NCBI GenBank assembly: GCA_964535025.1
Contig: CAZHRW010000159.1
Location: 14,527 to 78,526, forward strand
Direction: 5' to 3'
Length of the DNA: 64,000 nucleotides
Source: an uncultured Planctomycetales bacterium
GTDB lineage: Bacteria > Planctomycetota > Phycisphaerae > SM23-33 > FEN-1343
The notes beneath the pieces were generated by a model. The model saw only the letters and a list, made by a program, of their open reading frames with translations, was not told where the DNA came from and searched no databases. Of the stretch, positions 1 through 9,911 are shown one piece after another. How positions within the stretch are numbered: position 1 is the first letter of the stretch; every line of letters starts with the position of its first letter. The position numbers and the translations under genes were made by a program.

Positions 1-735
1 ATGAGCTGGTACCGCCCGGCGGGCTTCGACGCGTACAAGTACTACGTCGCCTGGGGCACCTTGAACCGCAACGCCCTGCACATGCCCCGCGGCGACGAGG
101 TCAACGGCCGCGCGGCGTGGCTGCTCGGCGAGCAGGGCGGCGATTGGGTCGACTACACCTTCGCGTTCACCGCCAACAACGCCTACCTCGGCTTCGGCGG
201 GGGCGTGGTCGTGCTGGTGCGGGACATGGATAACTGCTATTACCTCGACATCGCCCGCGGCCGTCTGGTGCGCAGGCTCGACGGCGCCGAGACCGTCCTG
301 ACGACCGTCGACGCCATTCAGATGCCCGCCACGGGCAGCCGGCGCTACGCCGTCTCCGTGGATGTCGAGCCGGCGGGCGTGACGATCGCCGTCGACGCCG
401 ACGACGACGGCACGACGGACCTGACCTTCACCGACGCCGATCCGACGGCCCTGGCGACGCTGAACGCCGGCGGCGTGGGCTTCCACTGCAACAACTCCGA
501 CAAGTGGCACGTCCTGCGCTTCGACGACCTCCGCGTCGAGGTCGCCGAGACGCGGAGCGGCGCGTCGGGTGATTGCGACGGCGATGGGGACGTCGATCTC
601 GACGATTTCGCCATTGTCAAGCTCAACTTCGGTCGCTCCGGCGTGACCGCCGGCGCCGCCGAGGGCGACCTGGACGGCGACGGGGACGTCGACCTCGACG
701 ACTTCGCGATCCTCAAGACGACCTTCGGGACGTGA
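1..735 (+). CDS. 3' part of a secreted protein (5' end lies outside the window). The C-terminus carries two dockerin-type repeats (GDCDGDGDVDLDDFAIVK and GDLDGDGDVDLDDFAILK).
   Basis: Open frame runs from the window edge to a stop at 735. The tandem Ca-binding dockerin type-I-like repeats are identical in style to the C-termini of the 9912..14918 and 31007..33328 proteins. Confidence 0.55.
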   Translation: MSWYRPAGFDAYKYYVAWGTLNRNALHMPRGDEVNGRAAWLLGEQGGDWVDYTFAFTANNAYLGFGGGVVVLVRDMDNCYYLDIARGRLVRRLDGAETVLTTVDAIQMPATGSRRYAVSVDVEPAGVTIAVDADDDGTTDLTFTDADPTALATLNAGGVGFHCNNSDKWHVLRFDDLRVEVAETRSGASGDCDGDGDVDLDDFAIVKLNFGRSGVTAGAAEGDLDGDGDVDLDDFAILKTTFGT

Positions 736-739
736 GGGT

Positions 740-1690
<951 letters not shown>

Positions 1691-1797
1691 GGCTGAGATC
1701 CTTTCACGTGAATCATAGGATGCGGATGTTCCGGAAAAACTCTACCTTTCTAGTGTAGTATGTCGCTGCTCAAACGTGCATTAAAATCATGAGGATT

Positions 1798-1810
1798 TTA
1801 CAATTTGTAA
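1798..1810. promoter_or_regulatory. perfect inverted repeat TTACAA-T-TTGTAA inside a ~190 bp AT-rich island between divergent cysK and the Rrf2 regulator. Candidate Rrf2/CymR-type operator.
   Basis: The palindrome is read directly from the sequence. The surrounding 1697..1885 is ~40% GC in a ~70% GC genome and also carries a direct repeat of TTCTAGT (about 1747 and 1818). Confidence 0.35.
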
Positions 1811-1939
1811 TAACCTATTCTAGTAAAAAGGGATAGGCAAAACAAATCGCGTGGGTTTCGGCGGTCTCCCTTGTATTGAGCCCAAGTGGGGGGGATAATG
1901 CTCAGCGGGGAGGTGCGGTTGGCGGGGAGGCAAGTGGTG

Positions 1940-2383
1940 ATGACACTCTCGCAGAAGTGCCAATACGCGGTGCGTGCCGTCCTGGAGTTGGCCAGGCGGT
2001 ATCGCCAGGGCCCGGTGCCCGCCGGGGAGGTGGCGGCCGTCCAGGGGATTCCGCGCCGGTTTCTGGAGGTGATCCTCAACGAGCTCAGGCCGACCGGCCT
2101 GGTGGCCTCCCGCCGCGGGGCGCACGGCGGGTACAGCCTGGCGCGGGACCCGCGGGAGATCACGGTCGCCGAGGTCATCCGCCTGGTCTGCGGGCCGCTC
2201 GAGCCCGTCCGCTCGGACGCCCTCGCCGGCGGCGGCGAGCTGCCCTGGGGGGCGCGGGCCCTGCAGGAGCTGTGGGACCGTGCCGGCCGCGCCGTGGACG
2301 ATGTCTATGCGTCGGTGACCTTCCACGACCTGGTCGACCGCGAGCGGTCGCTCCGCCGCGATGTGACCGACTACAGCATCTGA
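1940..2383 (+). CDS. Rrf2 family transcriptional regulator (CymR/IscR-like)
   Basis: MTLSQKCQYAVRAVLELA... is the Rrf2 wHTH N-terminus. Start moved to the in-frame ATG at 1940, since the track ORF 1886..2383 has a non-Rrf2 N-extension. Divergent from cysK, as for CymR. Confidence 0.8.
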   Translation: MTLSQKCQYAVRAVLELARRYRQGPVPAGEVAAVQGIPRRFLEVILNELRPTGLVASRRGAHGGYSLARDPREITVAEVIRLVCGPLEPVRSDALAGGGELPWGARALQELWDRAGRAVDDVYASVTFHDLVDRERSLRRDVTDYSI

Positions 2384-2648
2384 CCGGTCGCGGCCGCCGG
2401 GCGAAGAGGGCATCGCCGGTGCTCGGGTCAATCCCGCCAAACGAGGGGGGCGAAGTGGGCGAAGTACTGGAGCCGGCCGACCTTTGGTGCGCGGCAGGTT
2501 GTCGCTTTTACCCGTTTCCTCCTTGACAGACGCCCGCGACACCGCATAATGAGTGAGCGTTCATTCACTTTTGGACGAGCCAAGCCGCGAACCGGTCGCT
2601 GACGGTCGGCGGCGGCTTTTCGAGGCGGCACCCGGTGGAGTGCGGGCC

Positions 2649-3245
2649 ATGGCCAGACCGGCGGTCAAGAAGGATCGAATGGAGAGGGCGGCGATCGAGT
2701 TGTTCGCCACCCAGGGACTGGCGCGGACGACGGTCCGCGACATCGCCGCGGCGGCCGGGGTCGGCGAGGGGGCCTTGTACCGCCACTGGACCGGCAAGAA
2801 CGAGATGGCCTGGGCGCTCTATCGGCGGGAGGTCCACGCCTTCGCCGACGCCCTGCGGCCGTACCTGGAAGCGGCCGATGGACCCCTGGCCGATCGCGTG
2901 GCGGCGGCCGTGGCGTTCATCTACGGGGCCTACGACGTCGACCCGACCCGCCTGGCGTTCATCCTGTTTACCCAGCACGGCTTCCCGGCCGAGCACGTCC
3001 TCGACGATGCGTTCAATCCGTTCACGCTGGTGCTGGCGTTCTGCCGGCGGGAGATCCGCAGCGGGACGATCCCGCCGGCCGACGGGGAGGTCCTCGCGTC
3101 GCTGGTGATGGGGTCGGTCGTCCAGCCGCTGATCATGCACCGCTACGGGCGCGTCACGCGGCCGCCGCGGGCGATCGCCGCCGACGTGGCGGCGAGCATC
3201 ACGGCGCTGCTGCTAGCCGCGGCGGCGGGGGAGGCGACGGCATGA
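2649..3245 (+). CDS. TetR/AcrR family transcriptional regulator
   Basis: MARPAVKKDRMERAAIELFATQGLARTTVRDIAAAAGVGEGALYRHW is a TetR HTH. Start is at the internal ATG of track ORF 2553..3245. Its stop overlaps the next gene's ATG (ATGA). Confidence 0.8.
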   Translation: MARPAVKKDRMERAAIELFATQGLARTTVRDIAAAAGVGEGALYRHWTGKNEMAWALYRREVHAFADALRPYLEAADGPLADRVAAAVAFIYGAYDVDPTRLAFILFTQHGFPAEHVLDDAFNPFTLVLAFCRREIRSGTIPPADGEVLASLVMGSVVQPLIMHRYGRVTRPPRAIAADVAASITALLLAAAAGEATA

Positions 3246-3964
3246 GCGGCGCGAACGAATCCCGGCCGGGGGCGGCGGGACGGCTGGCGTGGCCGGTGGT
3301 GGGGGTGTTGTGCCTGCTGCCGGCGATCCAGACGGCGGCGGCCGTGTGGCTGGAAATCTACCCGGCGGTGACCTATCCGCTCATGAAGGTCGTGATGATC
3401 ATTCTCCCCCTGGCCATCTGGCGCGGCCGGCGCCTGGCGGTGCGGGATGTGGCCGCACGGATCGGCCTGGCACGGCCGCGGCTGCTGAGGGGCGTGGGGA
3501 TCGGCCTGGCGATGGCCGCGATCATCGTCGGCGGCTACGTTCTGCTCCTGCGCGGCCGCGTCGACGGGGCGGGGATCGCCCGCAAGACCACGTCGCTGGG
3601 GTTGCGGGAGTATTATTGGGCGATGGCCGTGGTCATTTCGCTGGCGAACGCCGCCTTCGAGGAATATTACTGGCGGGGGTTCCTGCTGAGCGAACTGCGG
3701 CCGTGGACCGGGTGGTCGTGGCGGCTGACCGTCCTGGCCGGGGCGCTGTTCGGGGTGCATCACGTTTTCGCCCTCGCGCCGCTGCTGGCCTGGCCGCTGG
3801 CGGCCGGGTGCACGGCGATCACGATGGTCGCCGGGGGCGTCTGGGCGTGGATGCGGGTGCGGGGGTGGTCGCTGGTGGATTGCTACCTCAGCCACGTTCT
3901 GGCGGACCTGGCGATCATGGGCGTCGGGTGGGATCTTTTGCAGCAGGCGGCGAGGGCCGGATGA
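3242..3964 (+). CDS. CPBP family intramembrane glutamic endopeptidase (CAAX protease/Abi-like)
   Basis: Multi-TM protein with EEYYWRGFLLSE (EExxxR), FGVHHVFA (FxxxH) and a distal H motif. Translationally coupled on both sides (ATGA overlaps at 3242 and 3961). Confidence 0.75.
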   Translation: MSGANESRPGAAGRLAWPVVGVLCLLPAIQTAAAVWLEIYPAVTYPLMKVVMIILPLAIWRGRRLAVRDVAARIGLARPRLLRGVGIGLAMAAIIVGGYVLLLRGRVDGAGIARKTTSLGLREYYWAMAVVISLANAAFEEYYWRGFLLSELRPWTGWSWRLTVLAGALFGVHHVFALAPLLAWPLAAGCTAITMVAGGVWAWMRVRGWSLVDCYLSHVLADLAIMGVGWDLLQQAARAG

Positions 3965-5274
3965 AGTACGACCAGGACACGCTCAATCAGATTCGTCGCG
4001 GCCGCAGCCGGTTCATCGCCATGGTGGTGACGTACGGGCTGGGCACGTTCAACGACAGTTTCTTCCGCCAGTCGGCCATGCTGCTGGCGGTCGCCGAAGG
4101 TCACGAGGCCATGCAGGGGTGGATCATGAGCCTGTTCGCCCTGCCGTACCTGCTGTTCGCCTCGCTGACCGGCTGGCTGGCGGACCGATTCTCCAAGAAG
4201 CGCGTCGTGATCGCCGCCAAGGCCCTGGAAGTGGTGGCGATGGTTCTGGGGGCCGTCGGGATCATCACGCTGAACTGGTGGTTCGTCCTGGCGATGGTGT
4301 TCATCATGGCGACCCAGTCGTGCCTGTTCAGCCCGGCCTTGAACGGGTCGATTCCCGAGCTGTACCCGGATGTGTACGTGACGCGGGCGAACGGGACGCT
4401 CAAGCTGGTCGTCACGGCCATGATCCTCGCCGGCGGCGCCGTCGCGGGGGTGGCGATGGGCTTCGAGGGCACCGGCTGGGGCGGCGTGCCGACCGAGCGG
4501 ATCGGCGTGGCGGTGGGGGTGGTGGCGATCTCGTTGTGCGGGCTGGCGATGAGCTTCGGCGTCGTGCGCCGGCCCGCGGCCGACCCCGACGCGCCGATAC
4601 CGCGACGGGGACCTGTCAGTACGATCCGCGAATTGATCGCCATTCGCCGCGATGCGCTGCTGGCGAAGGTGATCGCCACGAACGCGTTCACCTGGTTCGC
4701 CGGATCGTTGCTGATCCAGTTCATCAACCTGATGGCACAGAATGAATTCGGCTGGCCCAAGCAGGTCGCGGGGTACCTGGTGGCCGCCGAGTTGATCGGC
4801 CTGGCGGTGGGGGGGCTGGTGGTCAGTCGTCTGGGGGGCGGGCCGCGGTGGTACCGCGCGTTGGGGCCGTCCATACTGGCCATGGGCGGGCTGCTGGTGG
4901 TCATGGAGATGCTGCCGATGCTCCCCGACGGCGGGAGCGTGCTGTGGTCGTGGATGCCGTCGGCGCGGCGGCTGGCCGCGTACGGGCTGCTCGGTGCGAT
5001 CGGCGTGCTGGGCGGATCGGTCGTCATCCCCTGCGAGGCGTTCGTGCAGCGGCGCCCGCCGGCGGGGCGCAAGGGGACGGTTCTCGCCTCGGCCGGCTTC
5101 GCGGTGTTCGCGGGGATCCTGGTCTCCGGCCCGCTGGCGAACGTCCTGGCCGCACCCGGTGCGGGCGGACGATCGCTGGTCGCGCCCACCCGCGCGATGG
5201 CGCTGCTGGGGGTGGCGGCCCTGGCCGCCGGGGCGTTTTTCCGCCGCGCGTACGCGAAGGAGACCGAGGCATGA
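3961..5274 (+). CDS. MFS transporter, lysophospholipid transporter LplT-like
   Basis: In-frame ATG at 3961 inside track ORF 3289..5274; the upstream part of that ORF overlaps the CPBP gene out of frame. 12-TM MFS topology. Gene order MFS followed by an Aas-like acyltransferase mirrors lplT-aas. Confidence 0.7.
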   Translation: MKYDQDTLNQIRRGRSRFIAMVVTYGLGTFNDSFFRQSAMLLAVAEGHEAMQGWIMSLFALPYLLFASLTGWLADRFSKKRVVIAAKALEVVAMVLGAVGIITLNWWFVLAMVFIMATQSCLFSPALNGSIPELYPDVYVTRANGTLKLVVTAMILAGGAVAGVAMGFEGTGWGGVPTERIGVAVGVVAISLCGLAMSFGVVRRPAADPDAPIPRRGPVSTIRELIAIRRDALLAKVIATNAFTWFAGSLLIQFINLMAQNEFGWPKQVAGYLVAAELIGLAVGGLVVSRLGGGPRWYRALGPSILAMGGLLVVMEMLPMLPDGGSVLWSWMPSARRLAAYGLLGAIGVLGGSVVIPCEAFVQRRPPAGRKGTVLASAGFAVFAGILVSGPLANVLAAPGAGGRSLVAPTRAMALLGVAALAAGAFFRRAYAKETEA

Positions 5275-7913
5275 ATCGGCTGCTCACCTGGCTGGTCAAG
5301 GCGGTGCTGTGGCTGCGGTACCGCGTTCGCATCACCGGCGTCGACGAGGTCGCCCGGCGGGGGCGGTCGGGGATCCTCTTCCTGCCCAATCACCCGGCCC
5401 TGATCGACCCGATCATCCTGACGTCGCACCTGTACGGCCCGTTCGCCGTCCGCGCCCTGGCCGACCGGGGGCAGATCGACCGGTTTTTCATCCGGTGGCT
5501 GGCCCGACGGATCGGCGTGCTGCCGATCGAGGACGTCGCCACCGCCGGGCCCGACGCCGCCGACGCCGTCCGCCAGGCCGTCGACAAGGTGGTCGCGGGA
5601 CTGCGAGACGGCGACAATTTCATCCTCTACCCGGCCGGGCGGGCCTATCAGGGGTACCTCGAGGACCTCGGCGGAACCAGCGCCGTCGAGATGATCCTCC
5701 GCAAGTTGCCCGACGTCCGCGTCGTGCTCGTCCGCACCCGGGGCCTGTGGGGCAGCGCGTTCAGCCGCGCCTCCGGCACGGAGCCCGACGTCGCGACAAT
5801 CCTGCGCCGCGGTGTCGGCCGGCTGCTGCTTAACGGCATCGTCCTCGGCCCGCGCCGCCACGTGGAGATCACACTCGACGAGCCCGACGACCTGCCCCGC
5901 GGCGGCGATCGCCGGACCCTCAACCGCTACCTGGAAACGTTCTACAACGTCGGCGCCGAGCACAACACGTACGTCCCGTATACCTGGTGGGAGCGCGGCG
6001 GCGTGCGGACCGAGCCCGAACCCCGGCCGCCCGGCGTCCACGGCGACCTCGAGCGGGTCGGCGACGCCACCCGACGGCAGGTCGCCGACTACCTCCGCAC
6101 GCTCACCGGCCGCGACGAGCCGCTGTCGGACGACCTGCGGTTGGCGCACGACCTGGGGATGGACTCGCTGGCCCGCGCCGACCTGGTGATGTGGCTGGGG
6201 CGCGAGTTCGGCTACCCGCCGGGGGACGTCGACTCGCTGCGGACTGTGGGGGACGTGATGCTCGCGGCCGGCGGGCAGGCGCGGGGGGCGGTGGCCAGGC
6301 CGCTCAAGGCGGTGCCGGACCGGTGGTTTAACGACGGCGCCGAGCCGCGGCTGCTCGATGGGGTCGAAACCATGACCATCTGCGAGGCCTTCCTCGCCCA
6401 GGCCCGCCGCCGGCCGTCCGCCGTCGTCCTGGCCGACCAGACCAGTGGGGCGAAGACCTATCGCGATCTGGTGATGGGCATCCTGGCGCTCAGGCCCGCC
6501 ATCGAGGCGATCGACGGGACGCACGTGGCGATCATGCTGCCGGCCTCCGTCGCCGCCAACGTGGTCTACCTGGCGACGCTGTTCGCCGGCAAGACGCCCG
6601 TGATGGTCAACTGGACGACCGGGCGCAGGAACATCCTGCACGGCCTGGACGCCCTGGACGTTTCGGCGGTGCTGACGGCTCGGGAACTGGTCCACCGCTT
6701 AGGCGGCCAGGGCGTCGATCTCGGCGGCGCGGCCGAGCGGTTCGTCTACCTGGAGGACCTGCGGGCGTCGCTGACGACGAAGGCCAAGCTCGCCGCGTGG
6801 ATCGCCGCCCGCCTCGGCCTGCATCGCCTCGGCGCCGTCAGGCCGCCGGAGACCGCCGTGATCCTCTTCACCAGCGGGTCGGAGAACGTCCCCAAGATCG
6901 TCCCGCTGACCCACCGCAACATGCTGACCAACCTCGCCGACGCCTGGACCCGCTTCGCCCTCGGACCGACCGACAGCCTGCTGGGCATCCCCCCGCCGTT
7001 CCACTCGTTCGGATTAACGGCGACCATGCTCCTGTCGACCTGCACGGGACTGCGGGCGGCGTTTCATCCCAACCCGACCGAAGGGGCGGCGGTGGCCCGG
7101 TTGATCGACGCGTATGCCTGTTCGATCCTCGTGACCACGCCGACGTTCCTCAACGGGATGGTCCGCATGGCCGACGCCGACCAGTTGCTTTCGCTGCGGC
7201 TGGTCGTCTCGGGTGCCGAGGCCTGTCCGCCGCGGGTCTATGAGGCGATGGCCCGCCGGTGTCCGCAGGCGGTCGTGCTGGAAGGGTACGGCGTGACGGA
7301 GTGCTCGCCGATCATCTCGGTCAATCCCGAAGCCGATCCGCGGCCGGGGTCGATCGGCCCGGTCCTGCCGTCGATCGAGTACGCCATCACCGATCCCGAC
7401 ACGTTCGAGCGGGTCGAGGTCGGCCGGCGGGGCATGCTCCTGGTGCGGGGGCCCAGCGTGTTCGGAGGGTACCTCCAGCACGACGGGCCGTCGCCCTTTG
7501 TCGAGGCCGAGGGGCACACGTGGTATCGCACGGGCGACCTGGTCCGCGCCGATGAGGACGGCTGGCTGACGTTTGCCGGGCGGCTCAAGCGGTTCGCCAA
7601 GATCGGCGGGGAGATGATCTCCCTGCCGGCCATCGAGGCGGTGCTCACCGAGCGGTTCATTCGCGACGACGACGAGGGGCCCATCCTCGCCGTCGTCGCC
7701 GTGACGGCCGACGAGCGGCCGGAACTGGTGCTGGTGGCCGTGCGGGAGATCGATCGCGACGCCGCCAACGCCGCGATCCGCGAGGCGGGGCTGTCGGCCC
7801 TGCACAATATCCGGCGGGTCGAGCTGCTCGATGAGCTGCCCCTGCTGGGCACGGGCAAGACGGACTACCGGGCGCTCCAACGGCGACTCGCCGGCGAACA
7901 GAAGGACGCGTGA
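5271..7913 (+). CDS. three-domain Aas-like enzyme: PlsC-type lysophospholipid acyltransferase, then embedded acyl-carrier (phosphopantetheine-attachment) domain, then acyl-AMP ligase / acyl-ACP synthetase
   Basis: Start MNRLLTWLVKAV at 5271 (ATGA overlap with the MFS stop). NHPALIDPI = LPLAT HX4D motif. DLGMDSLARADLV = PP-binding DSL site. ILFTSGSENVPKIV, YGVTECSP and WYRTGDLV are AMP-binding motifs. Confidence 0.8.
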   Translation: MNRLLTWLVKAVLWLRYRVRITGVDEVARRGRSGILFLPNHPALIDPIILTSHLYGPFAVRALADRGQIDRFFIRWLARRIGVLPIEDVATAGPDAADAVRQAVDKVVAGLRDGDNFILYPAGRAYQGYLEDLGGTSAVEMILRKLPDVRVVLVRTRGLWGSAFSRASGTEPDVATILRRGVGRLLLNGIVLGPRRHVEITLDEPDDLPRGGDRRTLNRYLETFYNVGAEHNTYVPYTWWERGGVRTEPEPRPPGVHGDLERVGDATRRQVADYLRTLTGRDEPLSDDLRLAHDLGMDSLARADLVMWLGREFGYPPGDVDSLRTVGDVMLAAGGQARGAVARPLKAVPDRWFNDGAEPRLLDGVETMTICEAFLAQARRRPSAVVLADQTSGAKTYRDLVMGILALRPAIEAIDGTHVAIMLPASVAANVVYLATLFAGKTPVMVNWTTGRRNILHGLDALDVSAVLTARELVHRLGGQGVDLGGAAERFVYLEDLRASLTTKAKLAAWIAARLGLHRLGAVRPPETAVILFTSGSENVPKIVPLTHRNMLTNLADAWTRFALGPTDSLLGIPPPFHSFGLTATMLLSTCTGLRAAFHPNPTEGAAVARLIDAYACSILVTTPTFLNGMVRMADADQLLSLRLVVSGAEACPPRVYEAMARRCPQAVVLEGYGVTECSPIISVNPEADPRPGSIGPVLPSIEYAITDPDTFERVEVGRRGMLLVRGPSVFGGYLQHDGPSPFVEAEGHTWYRTGDLVRADEDGWLTFAGRLKRFAKIGGEMISLPAIEAVLTERFIRDDDEGPILAVVAVTADERPELVLVAVREIDRDAANAAIREAGLSALHNIRRVELLDELPLLGTGKTDYRALQRRLAGEQKDA

Positions 7914-8890
7914 GCATGCGAGAGGTGCTGATGCTGGGGATGCTGACCGGGATGACGCTGGCCGGCGGGTGCGGGGGCGTGCGGGACTTCTACGCCCGCA
8001 GCCTGGTCGTGCACACGCGCCTGCCGGGCCGCCTCCAATTGGCGCTGCAGCCGCCGGACGCGGTGCTGCTGCGTCGGGGGCGGATCGACCAGGCCCGCCG
8101 GATCGCCACGAGCGACGGGGTGTGCATCGACCTGTGGGTGATCAATGCCCGACCGGCGGCGGGGGACCGCCCGCGGGGCACGGTGGTGGCACTGCACGGG
8201 TTGGCGATGTCGCGGGTGGAGATGCTGGCCACCGCCCAACGCCTGGCCGATCGGGGCTTCGACGTCGTTCTACCCGACCACCGCGCGCACGGCCGCTCGA
8301 CGGGGCGGTACACGACCTTCGGGGCCAAGGAGGCCCGCGACGTCCGGGAGGTCCTCGACGTACTCCGGGCCGAGGGGGCCGTGGCGTTGCCCACCTATGC
8401 GGTGGGCGTGTCCATGGGCGGCGCGACGGCCGTGCTGTACGCCGCCGACGATCCCGACTGCCGGGGCGTCGTCGCCCTGGCCCCGCCGGCCGACACCCGC
8501 GCGATCCTCCGACGGCTGCTGGTCGTCTACGCCCCGTGGATGGTGGGTCGCCGGGCCGACGCCGTCGTCGATCGCGCCGGGGCGCTGGCCGATTTCGACG
8601 TCGACGCCACCAGCGCCGCCGACGCCGCTCGACGCCTGACGTGCCCGCTCCTGGTCGTGCACGGCACGTTCGACGCCATCGTGCCGACCTGGCACGGCCG
8701 CCGGGTCTACGCCGCGACCGCCGGGCCGAAACGCCTTGAATGCATCCGGGGCCTCGGTCACGCCCTCATCATGACCGGCCGTGCCGACTGGATCGCCGAC
8801 CAGGTCGACGCCATGGCCGCCGGCCGCTTCGTCGCCAAAGGCACCTGGGCGAGCGATAGGGAGACGCGAGATGAAAAAGTTAGCGGATGA
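7910..8890 (+). CDS. alpha/beta hydrolase (lipoprotein signal, lysophospholipase/esterase-like)
   Basis: LTGMTLAGGCGG lipobox; GVSMGGATA = GxSxG nucleophile elbow. GTGA/ATG start is coupled to the Aas-like stop. Confidence 0.7.
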   Translation: MSMREVLMLGMLTGMTLAGGCGGVRDFYARSLVVHTRLPGRLQLALQPPDAVLLRRGRIDQARRIATSDGVCIDLWVINARPAAGDRPRGTVVALHGLAMSRVEMLATAQRLADRGFDVVLPDHRAHGRSTGRYTTFGAKEARDVREVLDVLRAEGAVALPTYAVGVSMGGATAVLYAADDPDCRGVVALAPPADTRAILRRLLVVYAPWMVGRRADAVVDRAGALADFDVDATSAADAARRLTCPLLVVHGTFDAIVPTWHGRRVYAATAGPKRLECIRGLGHALIMTGRADWIADQVDAMAAGRFVAKGTWASDRETRDEKVSG

Positions 8891-9779
8891 TGCCCTCGAC
8901 GAGTCCCATTCCGCCGCGCCGTCCGTCAGCAAGCCAAAGAAGCCGCTGTGGCGGCGGCTGGTCGTGAGCGTCCTGCGCATCGTCATCGCGGCCTACGTCG
9001 GCCTGGCGCTGGTGCTGACGTCGTGTCAGTCGCGGATTGTCTATCAACCGTCGGAGACCATGGACGCGACGCCCGATGAGGCGGCGATGGAGTACGAAGA
9101 CGTCCGCTTCACCGCCGACGACGGGGTTCGCCTCCACGCGTGGTATATCCCGGCTGAGGGGGCCCGAGGCACGGTACTGGTCTGTCACGGCAATGCCGGC
9201 AATATCTCCGGCCGCCTGGCGACCGCGGCGCTGTTCCAGCGGCTGGGGCTGTCGGTGCTGCTGTTCGACTACCGTGGCTACGGGCTCAGCGAGGGCAAGC
9301 CGAGCGAGGAGGGCACTTACCTCGACGCGGCCGCCGCGTGGCGGTACCTTACCGAGGAGCGGGGGATCGACCCGGCCGGGATCGTGGTCTTCGGCCGTTC
9401 GCTGGGCTCGGCGATCGCGACCCGCCAGGCGGCCGCGGCGCCGCCGGCGGCGCTGATCGTCGAGTCGGCGTTCACCTCGGTCCCGGACGTCGCCAGGCAT
9501 TATTACCGCTTCCTGCCGGTCGGGTGGCTGTGCCGGTTCGACTACGCGACGGAAGCGACCATCGGCCGGGTGCGCTGCCCGGTCCTGGTCATCCACAGCC
9601 GCGACGACGAGATCATCCCCTTCGCCATGGGGCGGCGGGTGTTCGAGGCCGCGGGCGAGCCCAAACGCTTCCTGGCCATCGGCGGCGGACACAACGACGG
9701 CTTCCTCGTCAGCCAGGGCGATTATCTGCGCGAGATCGATTCGGTGCTCGACGAGGTCCTCGGCAAGGACGGGACCTGA
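8871..9779 (+). CDS. alpha/beta hydrolase with N-terminal membrane anchor
   Basis: Start MKKLADD at 8871, preceded by GGAGACG. TM segment LVVSVLRIVIAAYVGLALVL. CHGNAGN and GRSLGSAIA (GxSxG) motifs. Confidence 0.7.
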   Translation: MKKLADDALDESHSAAPSVSKPKKPLWRRLVVSVLRIVIAAYVGLALVLTSCQSRIVYQPSETMDATPDEAAMEYEDVRFTADDGVRLHAWYIPAEGARGTVLVCHGNAGNISGRLATAALFQRLGLSVLLFDYRGYGLSEGKPSEEGTYLDAAAAWRYLTEERGIDPAGIVVFGRSLGSAIATRQAAAAPPAALIVESAFTSVPDVARHYYRFLPVGWLCRFDYATEATIGRVRCPVLVIHSRDDEIIPFAMGRRVFEAAGEPKRFLAIGGGHNDGFLVSQGDYLREIDSVLDEVLGKDGT

Positions 9780-9911
9780 TCGGGGGTGCGAAACAATCCG
9801 GACGATAGGGGGCTGACGGGCGCCGGGGGATGTGATACAATGCCGGTGTCTTGCATTCTTTGTGAACAGGTGGGCCCGACGCGCATTCGCTGAATAGGAG
9901 ACAGACGCGTA

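Noticed and set aside
3289-3960. 5' portion of ORF 3289..5274
   Set aside because: Overlaps the CPBP gene in another frame. The MFS gene starts at the ATG at 3961, which overlaps the CPBP stop.
4101-6695. 864-aa minus-strand ORF
   Set aside because: Antisense shadow of the MFS and Aas-like genes.
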